A DNA stretch of 64,000 nt from positions 496,001-560,000 of the forward strand of contig CDRNST010000124.1 in the NCBI GenBank assembly GCA_977016875.1. Reading direction: 5' to 3'. Shown here one piece after another: positions 37,672 through 51,000 of the stretch. The stretch is from Pavona decussata (taxonomy: Eukaryota). Position numbers and translations under genes: made by a program. The stretch's first letter is position 1; each line of letters begins with the position of its first letter. The notes under the pieces are model-generated. The model was not told the origin of the DNA. It saw nothing but the letters and a program-made list of their open reading frames with translations, and ran no database searches.

Positions 37672-38544
37672 TTAAAAGGTTAGGTTAAGAAAATAGAATA
37701 TTGTTTGAAGTTTGGGTGTATAGTAATTACTGCAAACGTTTTGACATAAACTTATGACACAACTGTTACATATTACAACTTTGGGTAGGGTTCAGCGGAT
37801 AAGAAGAAAGTCATTTCGCCTTAAGGAAATGGGGTTTGTTCTAGGTCTGCCTAAAAAAAAACTAAAAATAGGTAACCTCTTTGAAGACATTTGCTGTTAT
37901 AAGTGCAGTGGACCTAGTATTCTGAAATTGCTCCCTTTTTTTCGTTCTGCGATCAGTGTAAAATGTAGGTTACTGTTCATGAGAAAAAAAAATAGTCAAA
38001 CACATGATCATAGCAAAGCAAAGCAACCATTTAATACAAGTTCTTTTCAATGAGCCGGCTCGTTTGATCCATCGCCTATCGAGCGCGCGAGCCAAACAAA
38101 CCCAGCCCCCAAATAAACCAAACGAGCGACAACATGTATGCATGCGCGCATGAAGACGCCTACAAAAGTGGCCTTTTACGTAGAAGTTGGTTCAGTGTTA
38201 CAGTCGTGGAAGTTAAGTCGCACTACTTAAGCCATAATAATATTAAAGTTACTTCATTAGCTCGGTTTTTGTCTCCTACCCTTTTCCTCGCTCAGGTTCT
38301 TCGCGCTGTTGAATGGCGAAATCAACGCTACTTTAATTTGCGCAAGTTATCAGCGAAAATACATCGAACACTAACGCCAGCAAACATGTTACTCACCTAC
38401 TGAGGTCTTCAAAATTACTCTTAACAAGTGAAGCTGGAAGTTAGAGCTGATAAAATGCCACAAATGTCTGTAATGTGCACTCTAGCTTCTCGAAACGTGC
38501 TTCTCACTCCTCAAACCAAGTGAAGTTGATGCCAAGCTGTGAGC

Positions 38545-38765
38545 TCTGACTTGGCGGTTTGCGCGCGCCATTTCCCGCCATTTTTACCATCCTTTTCTTA
38601 GCTGCGATGTGATTGGTAGATTAACCATCTGAACTATCAATTACTTCAATGAACCAATCAGACGGCGCTTTCAGTTTAACGCAGATGACAAGTACAAAAA
38701 GGCGGAAAATACGCGCCAAACTTTCTTGCTATCGCTCTCGTAGCGGATCTCGCGAACTCTCGTGT
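38545..38765 (-). promoter_or_regulatory. Orphan CpG-rich promoter-like cluster
   Basis: E2F-like TTTCCCGC (38571) and GCGCCAAA (38713); CCAAT boxes (38611 reverse, 38654); two YY1-like AAATGGCG on the minus strand; TCTCGCGA (38748); strong minus-strand donor TAG|GTGAGT near 38396. Confidence 0.55.
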
Positions 38766-39534
38766 GCTGGTCAAAGACTAACGGAAGAGTATGAATCTGC
38801 TAACAAAACAACACAAACGCCCATTTTACCCCAATCGCATTACCTTTCAACCTTGACCGTCTAGATATTCTGCCTTTTTTAGATTACAAAATCAAACTTT
38901 GGAGAAATTAATATCAAGGGATTCCCATACAAACACTGCAATTTGTGCCAAGGGGTAGTGAGGATTTCAAGGTGATCAAACCTGTGGTACGGGTAACCTC
39001 GCGTGAAGAAAAAAAATGGACAAAATTACGTTTAAACCGGCCGGGACACAGGGACAATGAAGCAAAAGTAACAGGCTTTATTTTGTATTATTTTCAGTTT
39101 TCTCCGGCGAGAATCACAGTAATATGGCTTTATCGAACCACAGCAATTTCACTCAATCAGCGAATCACATGTAAATGCCACGGACGGAAACCGTAAAGTA
39201 TGAAGATAAACATATTTTATTTTGAATTGTTCTAGTTATATACCACTACGTAACGATCATAGAGATTCAAAATCGTGTCTCACATACTACGATTGGACTG
39301 CCTGTGTGTACACGGGCAAATTTTCTTTAACAATTTTTTGTTCGTGTAAATGAGAAAAACGGTATTTTTTTTTTAACGAGAATGCCGGCACCGTACCTCA
39401 AAATCTGATTCACGCACGGTACACCTGTTACAATATTAGTGGAATAGTGAATAAACTGAACGCATAAAATTATTATAGCATTACAAAATTCGAGTAAAAT
39501 GTTATGAGGAAACCAAAACCTTGTCACCCTTCCT

Positions 39535-39746
39535 TAAACGTTTACAGCAAACTCAAACATGACCTCGTGAGCATGTTTATCCTACATTTGCCGCGCGCTG
39601 CTTTCGGTTTCTCAGCAAAATTGAGTAGTTTTTGTTTGCATTAAAAAGCAGAATTATTTTGCACTGTTCTCATCTACGTGTTCATTTTTTTAAGGAAAAC
39701 ATGAACTCGAATCTCGCGTTGGCCGTTTACCGTAACCGTGACTCTA
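39535..39746. mobile_element. Degenerate copy of the MITE family also at 40162 and 54394
   Basis: Shared core CATGACC..GTTT..ATTTGCCGC..TTTCTCAG.AAAATTGAGTAGTTT. Confidence 0.6.
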
Positions 39747-40161
39747 TTGTTGGGGGATCCTCCCGATCTTACTGAGATTTTGTTACTTTCTCTTTTCTAA
39801 TCATTTTCGGATAAAGCAAGGAAATTCATTTCCATACAAATGGAGCAATCATTTTTCAAAGAGAATTTGCTCGATTTATGTATTTATTATACTGTATTGA
39901 CCTTGGAGAAGCTAATAAACTAAACTAAGTTCTGAAAAGTAAGTCGCATGATTTGCATTTACTGTGATTAGCAGATGTCAGTGTGGTGTCCATATTATAG
40001 CATAAATCAAAAACTATCTTTGCAGTTGAAAGGAAACATTAATATAAAAAGCAAACAATTACTGCTTATCCTTGCAAGCAATGATTAAAAATATCGCAAA
40101 TGTCTAGCAATGCTGCAACGCACTATTTTTAAATGCTGTCAGACCAGCTCCACGAAACATA

Positions 40162-40387
40162 AGAGAGAGTTAGAATTACATTTACGGCACATGACCACGT
40201 GACCATGTTTAACCTTTATTTGCCGCTCACTGTATTCAGTTTCTCAGTAAAATTGAGTAGTTTTACGTTAGCATCAAAGGCTAAGAATTATTTTGCACTA
40301 TTCCCATCCATGTACCCACTTTTTCGAGAAAACATAAACGCGAATTTCACGTTTCCTGTTTGCCGTAAACGTGATTATAAAACTCTC
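40162..40387. mobile_element. MITE with AGAGAG..CTCTC ends
   Basis: AGAGAGAGTTAGAATTACATTTACGGCA / TGCCGTAAACGTGATTATAAAACTCTC; same core as 39535 and 54394. Confidence 0.7.
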
Positions 40388-40608
40388 CAATGCTTGGTGT
40401 TTACTCTTGCGTCATTTTCATTTTCGATGCTTTCATGAATCAGTCAAAGTTTACGAAAATCAATTCCACTGTTTTTCGGTCTGGAAACTATATATTTTCT
40501 CAGCGAGGTTTTGTAAATGACTCATCAAATATCACAAATTTTACTGATAGAAACTTACAACGCATTTTACATGATTTTCGCAAATTCTAAATCCAGCAAA
40601 AATACTGA

Positions 40609-40940
40609 TAGAGCGGTTCTCAGTTGAGTGTTTCAAGTTGCAATTATTTCGCGTTTGTTTCGTTTTGGGCCTTTCTCGATTGAGTGTCAAAACTTGTTAT
40701 TATTTCGCGTCTGCTTCGTTTTGCGTTACTTCGTTCTGCGACTTTTTTTTTCAACAAATGAGAATCGAGAAACAAAACCAAATTCCAATCGTGCATTGCT
40801 CGCACGCGTTTTCCCGCGCTTGGCGCCGGTTACATGTGCTTGCTTTGAGCTCTGATTGGTTTGTTGACCCGTTTAATTCTTGTGATTGGCTAGAGATTAC
40901 TTTGGTATGGCTTTACGACTATCAAATGAAAACCGCTCTA
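40609..40940. mobile_element. MITE with TAGAGCGGTT..AACCGCTCTA ends, just 3' of the NAPA stop
   Basis: TIRs present; core CGCACGCGTTTTCCCGCGCTTGGCGCC..CTGATTGG shared with 62381-62665. Confidence 0.8.
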
Positions 40941-41033
40941 AAAGGCACACATAAGGGTGTACTTTTACCGGCATGGAAATGTAAATTACTGAGATCTATG
41001 TGTGAGTTTGTTTACTAAAATATCAGTCCGAGT

Positions 41034-44000
41034 CTAAGTTAAGTCTGGTTCCTCATTCATTCCTTTCTTGATCCGTAAAAGAATGGTAGTCAGCCACTGG
41101 TCCAGTCTTGATATGGAGTCGTATTCTTTAACCTACAAAGCATAAAAATAGCAAGACATTTGTAAAAGAATAATCACAGCAACAACGTACACAAAATTCT
41201 CTGTGGCTAAATGAAGACTGGGCAACTTGCATAAAAAACTACCTCATGTGAACTAGTAACCCATTTTGTCAAACATCTGGTTCACTGCGGCTTTTCTCAC
41301 AAACTCAAACGGTTTAGGATTGTGGGATAATGCAGCCACTAATTCGAACTTCAACTTCCCATCCCCGGGCATTTGAACTTTTGAAAATTAGGTTGTTCAA
41401 ATGCTCTACCCTTAAGACCTCTCCTCGCGGACAAATTTTTAGCTTCAATCAATCACTCTTCACGCTTTGCAAACAGCGATATATTGATGACAACTTCAAA
41501 ACTATCTTGGATACGTTTTGAGTGAGTCATTCGCTCACAAAGGCGAAACCCAGTCCTTAAAAAACTCCTCAACTCCCCAAAACCAGGAAAAACCAAACAC
41601 GAATTCCGCTAGACCATACGAAAAATCAGTTTCAATCTTTCTCTTTTCCAAGTTAACATAATTTATAGCTATTTATTGTTGAACAAATGTTAAAAAAAAT
41701 CTCTCATCCATTTGACACGAGAGCAACTTACAGCCTCTGTAAAAGATTCTACATTCTGTTCTTCTTGAGCTTGAATTAGGGTCTAAAAAAGATAAGTAAG
41801 CAGCAAAGCAAGAGTGATCAGTGTAATTCAATAATAAAACTCCGAGCCACACAACGGCTCTTTTTCGGTGAATATCTGGTTGGAAGGCATTAAGCATCTC
41901 AGAAATACGGCTTTAATAATAATAATGATGATAAACATTGGTTTTCAGTAGTTTGCACTTAGAGCTACCATGAATTGATAGAACACGGATGTGAAAAATC
42001 CTTTCCATGCCTGAAAACAGACCCTTGGTCCAAGTGCGTAAAAGTTCGAATCCCGTTCAAGCCTGAATTTTTTTCAGGCTTTCTTTTCGCAGCTGCTTAA
42101 GTTGCGTATAACTGCGAGGGCCTTTCTTCGATTTGAACACTTTCTACTATAAACTGAATTGATCAATTCGCTGACCCCACTTCCTGTATAGCATTGAGCT
42201 AGTCCTGGGAGCTGCGAGACCAAGTAACACTATTTTCAGTCGGAAACAGACAGAAAGTGGAGGGTGGCCTTACTTATTTAATGTTAAAAGCAGTAACCTT
42301 TTTTAAACACTAGACACCAAAAATTACTGGCATTACTTCACTCCAAGTTTTTCATCTCGCTCCTTAAAAAATGTTTTTAAAAGCTAATTTTAAGCTAATG
42401 GTAAAGAAAAGTCTATGTCAAAGCTAAGGAACAAAAATCTTTTGGAAGAATCTTTAGTGATTAGTCATTAAACTCGAATTATCAATATTTATGTCAACCC
42501 AGGATTAGGTTAATCGGGCATTAAACAACTCAGGCCAGGTCTGCTTATCAGATAACTTAGCAAAACAAGTGGCCTTAGCTCCAACGAGTCTCCTGTAGCT
42601 CAGCGGTAGAGCATCCGAACCAGTAATCAGAAGGTCTTAAGTTTGACTCCTGATAGGAGCACTCGGATTTCCTTTTTCCGAGTATGCCTGTGTCATTCAC
42701 TGAATAATAATACATCATTCACAAGTGGTTTATAGTTACCGTGACTAGTTTACACTCCCTTGTGTCCTGGAATGCAGGGTACATGTCACAATACTTGTCT
42801 ACAGATCTCTGTGCTTCAGCAACGTCAATGCACATGTGGCAAAGAGCCGCCTTGAAGAAATACTCTTTAGCACTGTACTTCAGTAATGAACTTTCAATTG
42901 CATCTGCGGCAACCTGGGTTTTCAAATAATGTCTCATGGTCAGTACTGATAGCTAAAACGTTTGGCTCTTGGTGGCCAAAATGTCATAGGTTACCAATAA
43001 TTTATTGAAAGGCTGAAGCATAACATAGCTAGTAGACCTGTAGCTCTATTTTCACAAGAAACCAAGAAAATCTCACCTCCTCATAAATCCCAAGAGCTCT
43101 TTCATATGCCTCCATCTGAGCTGAGTGCATTGCTACTTTCAGTAAGCACTTGTTTGCAGAGCTACAAAGGATAAAGGGAGAGAAGTTTAACTAACTGGCT
43201 GATTAAGTCTTTTATCAATTACCATACTTCCTATATTTCACCCCTTCCCTCTATCAAGCAACACCCTCCTCCCTCCGCCCGCCCCACCACACCTCCTTTC
43301 AGGACTAAAAATTCCAATAATCCTCTTCCCCATCCTCTATTACCCCCCAGCCCCCACACCCCACCCCAAGAGTTTGGTCTATTCATACATCCTCCCCACC
43401 GTGAGACCTAAAATTCATAAGCCTCCAGGAGGCTAAATAAAGGAAACATTAATTTTAACAACCATTATTCCACAAGCACGCATTGGATATGAGATGATAG
43501 ATAGCCAGCGAGGGGCGTAGCACCAAGTTGGCTATAATTATCTCACATCAAACAAGCGTGAGTGGAATAATATTGTTTTATTAAAAACAATCAAGAAATA
43601 TTGCAGACAGCTAGATATTGCTGATTTTACTTTGAAAGAACAACCAGAAGACAATTTAATGGTCACTATTTCTCAGGCATGGTAAAATGAATTAAACTGT
43701 TGACATGCACCTGGTTGACTCTTCTCCCTTGTAATATTGAGCGGCCTGTTCATAGTGAAATATCGCCTGAGGAGAAAAATACAAACAATAATGATATTAT
43801 TGTTAACAAGGGCACTGAGACTCATTCTGCATATTTTAGTGTATGGATCTTTGGTACAATTTTGAAATTTTGCAAACCAACATACAACAATGTGTCAAAA
43901 AATATCTAATTAAAACAAATTAATGTGCATCAATCAGTCTCTAATTCTGACATTGAAAGTACCTTTTCAAAAACTTTAATAATCTGTTTACTACCTGTCA

Positions 44001-47000
44001 GTTTCCTTCGCTAACAGTTTGTTTTTATATGCAACAGCAACAGAGGCACAACTGCCTTGTGAATCAGAAATAAGAACCAAAAATAGATTGAAATGAACCA
44101 AACTCAAGCCATAAAAGCTGTTGAAATAAACTAATTGTTTTCTAAGACATCCGCTCATTGATAGCAATAATTTTATTGCTATAATATGCCAATGTATTTA
44201 GTGTTTGCGCGTTGTTGAAAGCCACACAAATATGTCCTCTAAAGAGCCACAGAAAATCAAACTCTCCTGCAGTTGCATTCTTACTGTCTGATTACAAATT
44301 TAAAAAGAGAAAGAAAAATTTGTCATCGTTTGTTTACATCCTCCTTCAAACGTAAAATTTAAGGAAACTTCACATGGTAATCCACAAAAGAAACAGCAAA
44401 GAAATGTACCAAAAAGTGTGGTGCAGGTGCAAAGTTATTGTTTTACTTACTAAAGCTACTCCTTGCTTGATGTTCTTGTTACATGTTAACTCGGTAATCG
44501 GTCTGTTTTGGTGAGTGACGGGGGGGGGGGGGGGGGGATTAGTTTTGTTTAACCAATTTGCTTGGAGTCCCTAATTGTTTTAGCCTTGCTACGGGCCTGA
44601 AGAGACCAAGTTTGAGACCCTTGTTTTTAAAATAGAGAAGACATAGTTTTGCTAAGTCTGAAAATTTCATAGACATTTGTATGGATATGGGCAAGTTTTG
44701 CATGTCTTTATACAAACATCTACTTAAATTCCTGAATTTAAAGAACTATGTTGTCACTATATTAACCCATCTCTATGTGATTCCTGCACCATATGACATC
44801 ACCACTTCCCCCTGCAGACCTTAAAGGACACATTTTTGTAGTTTGGACATACTATCTATCCTCCAAGTCTCATTGTCATGGCTTTTTTAATACTTGAAAA
44901 GTTATTTTTAAGTCTGAGTGAAATTTCACCATCTGGCCCAGAAGATTGGAATACTTGGCCTTTTTAATTACTTTCCAGGTGACCAGATCTACATTAAAGG
45001 TCAAAGGTCTATCAGTCTCTCACCTTTTCAATATCAGCAGCATTCCCTTCATACATTTCAGCTACTGTGATATGGTGCTTTGCAGCCATTGTAAACCGGC
45101 CCTAACAAAGGAAATAATAAACAAAGCCTGGTATCATGCAAATCAAGATAACAAATATAAAAGGATCTAAAAAGAAAATTAGGGATAACCGTACATTTTT
45201 CAAAGAATAAGGCTTTAATTCAGAAAGAAATTCCATACACTGTTATGTATTTTAGACCTTTTTATAATTATTGCCACTAATTAAAAATACATCCATGGTT
45301 ACCCCCATTTTCCTTTCTGAATTCCAATAGCCCTGGCAAAGCAATGATTTTCGTGTATAGTCATAAACTAGGCAAAAATACCTCTGTATTAGTAGGCAAC
45401 TTCCTTAACATTCCATGAACATGTTGGTTGTCTGTCCTGATGATTATGTTATGTAATGTTTAAAAACGAGCAGGAGTGTTTTATCCGGTTTTAGACCTGT
45501 TAAAACATGTGCGGCGAGTTCCTGGAAAAGCGTGTGTCAATAGAGTTCATAACAATTATGCTTTTGTGAACGTTGGAAATTAGCATTCAAGAAAAACACC
45601 ACATACTAATGAGGAGTGTTTTATCAGCTGATAAAAACACTGCATACTAATGAGGAGTGTTTTATCAGCTGATAAAACACTGCATACTAATAAGGAGGAG
45701 GTTTATTGATATAAAGTCATTGCACGTGACGTGTTATCTACCAGGTCAATGGGCTTATGAATTATTAATGAGTTTTTGAAGATAAAATGAAGGACTGAGA
45801 ACAGGGGAGCAGGGATGGCGCAGTGGTGAGAGCACTCGCCACCCACCAGTGTGGCCCAGGTTCTATTCCCAGTCTCAGCATAATATGTGGGTTGAGTTTG
45901 TTGTTGGTTCTCATCCCTACTCGGAGGGTTTTTCTCCGGGTACACCGGTTTTCCCCCAACACTTCCAAATTTCAATTTGACCTGGAAACAGTGGATAGAA
46001 GAGCCACCCCATGGAATTCACTAAAATTCCCATTTATTTTTATTATTTTTGTTATAATTTTGAATAACTGTTGTGTGTGAAAATTTGAAACCACTTTTCA
46101 TTTCAGATTGGTTTCAGAGCTTGTAGCCTGCAGCAACAGAGTCCAGTATTATTTTTTTTCCGGTGTATGACCAACATTTTGACAAAAACTTTCAGTGATG
46201 GCTAAGGGTAGGGTCTTTCCCCACAAAACTTCTGGCACTTTGAGCATAGCTTTGTTTTTGTACATACACAAAGGATATTGCACATAAAAAAGTGCCTTTA
46301 TGAAATAATATTTCTCAAAAATGATGGCTGAACATTAAAATTATAAGACAATGGTTTAGGAGTAAACTGTAGTCCACACACTGAAAAAGGCAAATCTGTA
46401 TAACAACTGAAAATTACCTAAAATTGATGTTTAAGCCATTTTTCAGCCCTTCAAAAAATTATCCGTAGTGGATTTACATGGTATTTACATGTACAATAGC
46501 ACGCTATTGGTCTGAAAATGAATCTTTATAAATAACATATTCAGAACTCACAACAAGCAACTGAAAAGAACTTTAAAAAGTGCATCTACTTACCATGTCT
46601 GTGTAAATGTTAATTGCCATTTCAAAAGCCCTTATAGCCTCTGTAAATTGAAAGGAGAGATAAGATCATCAAAAAAAGAGAGGAAGTACACAGGGATTGA
46701 AGTAAACCATGGCTGCATGAGGTGGCACTGACACCAATAAATTAATAATAATAATAATAATAATAATAATTACCTAAAAAATTATTTCACAATATCAAAC
46801 ATTGAGCGTTGAAACATATAGCTTTTCTGATTGCTCATCCAAATCTTGCCTCATCGTTGCATGGAAGCAAATCAGCGTATTGTTCCCATAGAAGATGGCA
46901 AGCCAACAATTTTTAGTTTCACGCTGTGATACACAACAGCAAACATTTACAACTCTTCTGTTATCAAAAGATAATCAATTCATAGCTGAGTTGAGAGTCA

Positions 47001-47943
47001 TATGGCAATAGAGGCCAATGTTCACCAAAGCAACTTTGCGCACTTGTCTCTTTGTTTTTAAACCATTTCATTGATAAATGTAGCATTTTGATTGGCTGCA
47101 CGTCACCTTCATGAATAAAGTCCTTACCGATGACAATCGCTAACAGTTAGTATCAATCTACTATGTATAATAATTAAATAAATCAATTAATACTGAAAAT
47201 CGCTGGTCAATCGAATTATCACAAAACAGGCGTCATTGATAGTTTGTGGATCTCCAATATCAATCCATTTTTTTGTTATTATTGGTTGAGATCTATTGAT
47301 ATCTATTGTCATCAATTTTATCACTGGAATGATAAATAAAGAGTTGTTACAACCTACCCTCCACATCAGTTTTCTTAAAGCAGTTCCCTGCATCGACATA
47401 GCGCTGCCCTGCTTCATGTTTGGACTGCAAGTTAATTTGTAGTTTGGCTGCTTCCATGAATGCTTTACCAGCAGCTACAACAACAGAGTAAAAACAAGGT
47501 GTTTTAGACGTCATCAACTACCTTTCTCAGAGCATCTAGTTTTATTAAATCAGGGCTTTTTGTTTGAATATAACATAGTGAGATCCTACATTCTCACATT
47601 TCATTATAAGATACCATGTTGCTTATGCAGTCCCTTTGACAACACAGTTCAATACAAAACAGTTATGCAAACTAACTTGGGTTCTGGTTGACCAGGGGAA
47701 CATGTAAGGCCAGAAAAAAATATCCAGTCCTACATGTGTCAGCTTAACATTTATTAATTTTTATCTCAAATCTAGGATTCATAGCAAATCAAGTGAAGTT
47801 TTGAAGCTCTGAAATCTGGAGATTTTTGCTTGTGTGCCACCCTCTCTAATAACACTCCTTTCCCGAGAAAGGATCCAAAAGCCCCAACCCCATCTCCCAA
47901 AACTTTCTGGCAAAATCAACCTGTTTCCATTGATTTGTATATG

Positions 47944-48030
<87 letters not shown>

Positions 48031-51000
48031 GTCTATTAACAGATCCACTGGGTGGCTCTTCCCTGTTAAATTACAATAATTACAATTACAAAATAAATCA
48101 AATTAAATTAAATTATTTACAAATTATACAGCAGAAAACAGGATTGACAGAAAACAATTACAGTAAAACTAACTAATGGCTTTGTACTCTGTTTCTTGAA
48201 AAATTCCTTGAGAGTCTTAAAAAGGTTCTGTAATCTTTACAGTTTTTAATAGTTTCTGGTAGATTGTTAAAAAGTTTCAACGCATTATCTTGGAGAGTGC
48301 CATTTTGGGTCCGGACCACTAATCTAATTGAATTGCTTCAGCGCAGTTCCTTGGGGCATTCCTGTTTTATTATTTAAAGATAATCTGGCCAGGTCGCGGC
48401 GTTATGAACACTATTGATTGAAAGATACACAAAAATGCACCAAGGAATTGTGACATAAATTTGCAAAACCAAGATTTTGTGGATTTCAGAAAGTTTGAGT
48501 TGAAATCTTAGTTGATTGAAGAGAGAATGATTAAAAACCTTTTATCTGGGAGATTTGGTGACCCATATGCAAGACCTGAAGATTAATTTTGTGTCCAGAG
48601 GACTCCTGGGAAGTATGTGCAAGGGCTGATGAGCAATGACAAAACTTTGGCATTTAAAAAACCATCCTTAGCCAGGCTAAGACAACAGCAAAAATTATGA
48701 CAGCATTTGAACAACAATTTGCCTGTTGGCTATTTCCACACACTCTGGTCATGGGAAGACAAAGATTTACTTTTCTTACTGCGCATATGTTCTGCACATT
48801 TCAAGATACTCAGGTTTCCTATGAATGGTGCCTACTAATACAGGGATATTTTTGCAAGGTTTAAAACTATGCAGAGAGAGCAGAACTTAGCAAGTGCTCT
48901 TGGTATCCAAGAAGAAAACTGGGAGTAACTGTGCATTTTTCAGCGATAATAAAGCTTCAAATTATATGGGAAAAAAACCACCATACATTGCTTTGTATTT
49001 TACTGCTTTTTTTGGATTATTATTGCTTAAGGACAGTGCCTACTAATAAAAAAAGTATTTTTATGTGGTTTATGACTATGCGGGGAAGGCAGATCTCATC
49101 AAGGGCTATTGAAATCCAAAAAAGAAACTTGGGGATAACCACGCATTTTTCAGAGATAATTAAGCGACAATTATTCTAAAAAACAGTAAAATACAAAGCA
49201 ATGTATGATTTTTTTTTTTTTCCAAATTGAAGCTAAAAAAATATTACTCTATTTACTCGAATAAGCGCCCCCCCCCCCCCCCCCCCGAATGAGCGCCGAA
49301 CTTGATTAAGTGCCAAACATGGAGCGGAATGGTTAATAAGTGCCGCCCTCGAATAAGCGCCGCCCTTGATTAAGTGCCGCACATGAGCGGAATGGTTAAT
49401 AAGCACCGCCCTCGAATATGCGCCACAGCTCGGGTGCGGCGCTTATTTGAGTATTTCCATAAGATATATGGATGATAAAAATACACTGTAATCGCTGCAA
49501 TGCGGTTCTAAGCCAGCAATGGGAATTTATTTTCATCAATAGTGATGTTTTTCAGTTCGAAGTGAGTATATCTTGATGCTCCTTCATTCAGTTCTGTCTT
49601 CAAAATGTTCGCGTTCTTCGGACTGTTCTTGCATGAAGGCTGTAAACTTCGCCAGTACGACAAGCCCAACCTCCCGGCTCTTTCTCTTCCCTGTAACTGT
49701 TGCAGTAGGGAGATTGTCAGTGTTTGCTTGTATAATCAAAATGTTTTGGCTTTGTGGTATGAGCCTTTTTAATAAGCGCCGCCCTCAAATAAGCACCGCC
49801 CTCGAATAAGCGCCACACAGGAGAAACGAAAAATTAAATAAGCGCCGCGGCACTTATTCAAGTAAATACCGTATCTCTGCAAAATGCATGGTTATCCCAA
49901 ATTTTCTTTTTGGATACCAAGAGCACTTGCTAAGTTCTGCATTCTCCAAATAGTTTTAAACCACGCAAAAATATCCCTGTATTTGTAGGCACCACCTATA
50001 GGAAACCCGAGTATCTCAAGATGCGCAGAATGTATGCACAGTAATAAAAGTAGCTACGAGAAACTACTGGCAAAAGCAGACATACCATCGTTATACAACA
50101 GACGATTACAGGACATTGCCATCTTTATGTATAAGATTAAGCATGAATTACTGCCACAGAGACTTTGTAATCTTTTCCAATTAGACAGTGGTTCGTATTA
50201 CTTAAGAAAGCGAGAATTTGTTCAACCTCGATTCTCTTCGGTGACATATGGAAAACACTCACTTCGTTACCTAGGGCCTAAACTGTGGAATGATCTCACT
50301 CCTAGAATAAGATATCAACCCTCTCTGAAGCAATTTAAAAGAGTCATACGTAATCAGGACCTTACTGCCCTAGCAGCAAATGTCAGTAACTGTCAAGGCT
50401 GCAACCTATGCCGAGAATGACTAGGGTTTACATGATTTTTTGCGATTGATGTATGAAATTTTATTAATATGGTTTACGATGTAAATTTTAATTCATTTTT
50501 TATAATTTTTTAGAATTTTTAGAATTTAGTTAGGTGTCCACTATTAGTAGAGGGGACTTCTCCCCTCAGCTACATTTCTTGACACGTTAATAAAGTTATT
50601 ATTATTATTATTATCATCCTTGATTATCTCCAATTTTGTTTTTGGATTCAAATAGCCCTTGCTAAGATCTGCTTTTCCTGCACAGTGATAAACTCGCAAA
50701 AAAACTTCTGTACGGTAGGTACCGTCCTTAATCCAGTCTTAAAATATAACAGGATCTGAAAAAAGTCAAAGTATCACAGCCACCCTGTTGAGCTCAAGAT
50801 CGTTCGTTCACTTTTACTGGATTGGGACTCTTGTCAACCCTTATACTTACTGGGTTTTGATTCAGACAAATATACTAATAATAATTATTAATTATTTCAA
50901 CGCTACTATCAATGTGTCAAGGTTGCATAGCAAAGGGAAAGGATCCCTCTTGTGTCCTCTCCTGTCAAGTCTCTGTCCCTGGCAGGTCCTCAATGGGTAC

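Larger units (their letters stand above)
49031..50619 (+). mobile_element. Inner TTAA-family (Kolobok-like) MITE
   Basis: TTAA|GGACAGTGCCTACT ... CATCC|TTGA; collinear with 52236-52631 once the two insertions are removed. Confidence 0.75.
48768..50727 (-). mobile_element. Outer TTAA-family (Kolobok-like) MITE split by nested insertions
   Basis: Reverse complement of the family at 52236; resumes after the inner copy at TTATCTC; ends GTAGGTACCGTCC|TTAA. Confidence 0.7.

Noticed and set aside
37780-37800. Telomerase RNA template-like sequence (TGAACCCTACCC on the minus strand)
   Set aside because: It does not match CTAACCCTAA, and no supporting structure was identified.
31117-41033. A kaptin (KPTN) gene between NCX and NAPA, as in human
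   Set aside because: No recognisable coding exons were found in this interval by eye.
42590-42662. Functional tRNA gene
   Set aside because: The B box is degenerate, the cloverleaf is not convincing, and the flanks are shared with other repeat copies.
47779-48048. Poly-Tyr and poly-Ile ORFs
   Set aside because: These are translation artefacts of the (TAA)n microsatellite.
50034-50420. 128-aa ORF as a host gene
   Set aside because: It is a LINE ORF2 C-terminus whose ATG comes from the flanking MITE.
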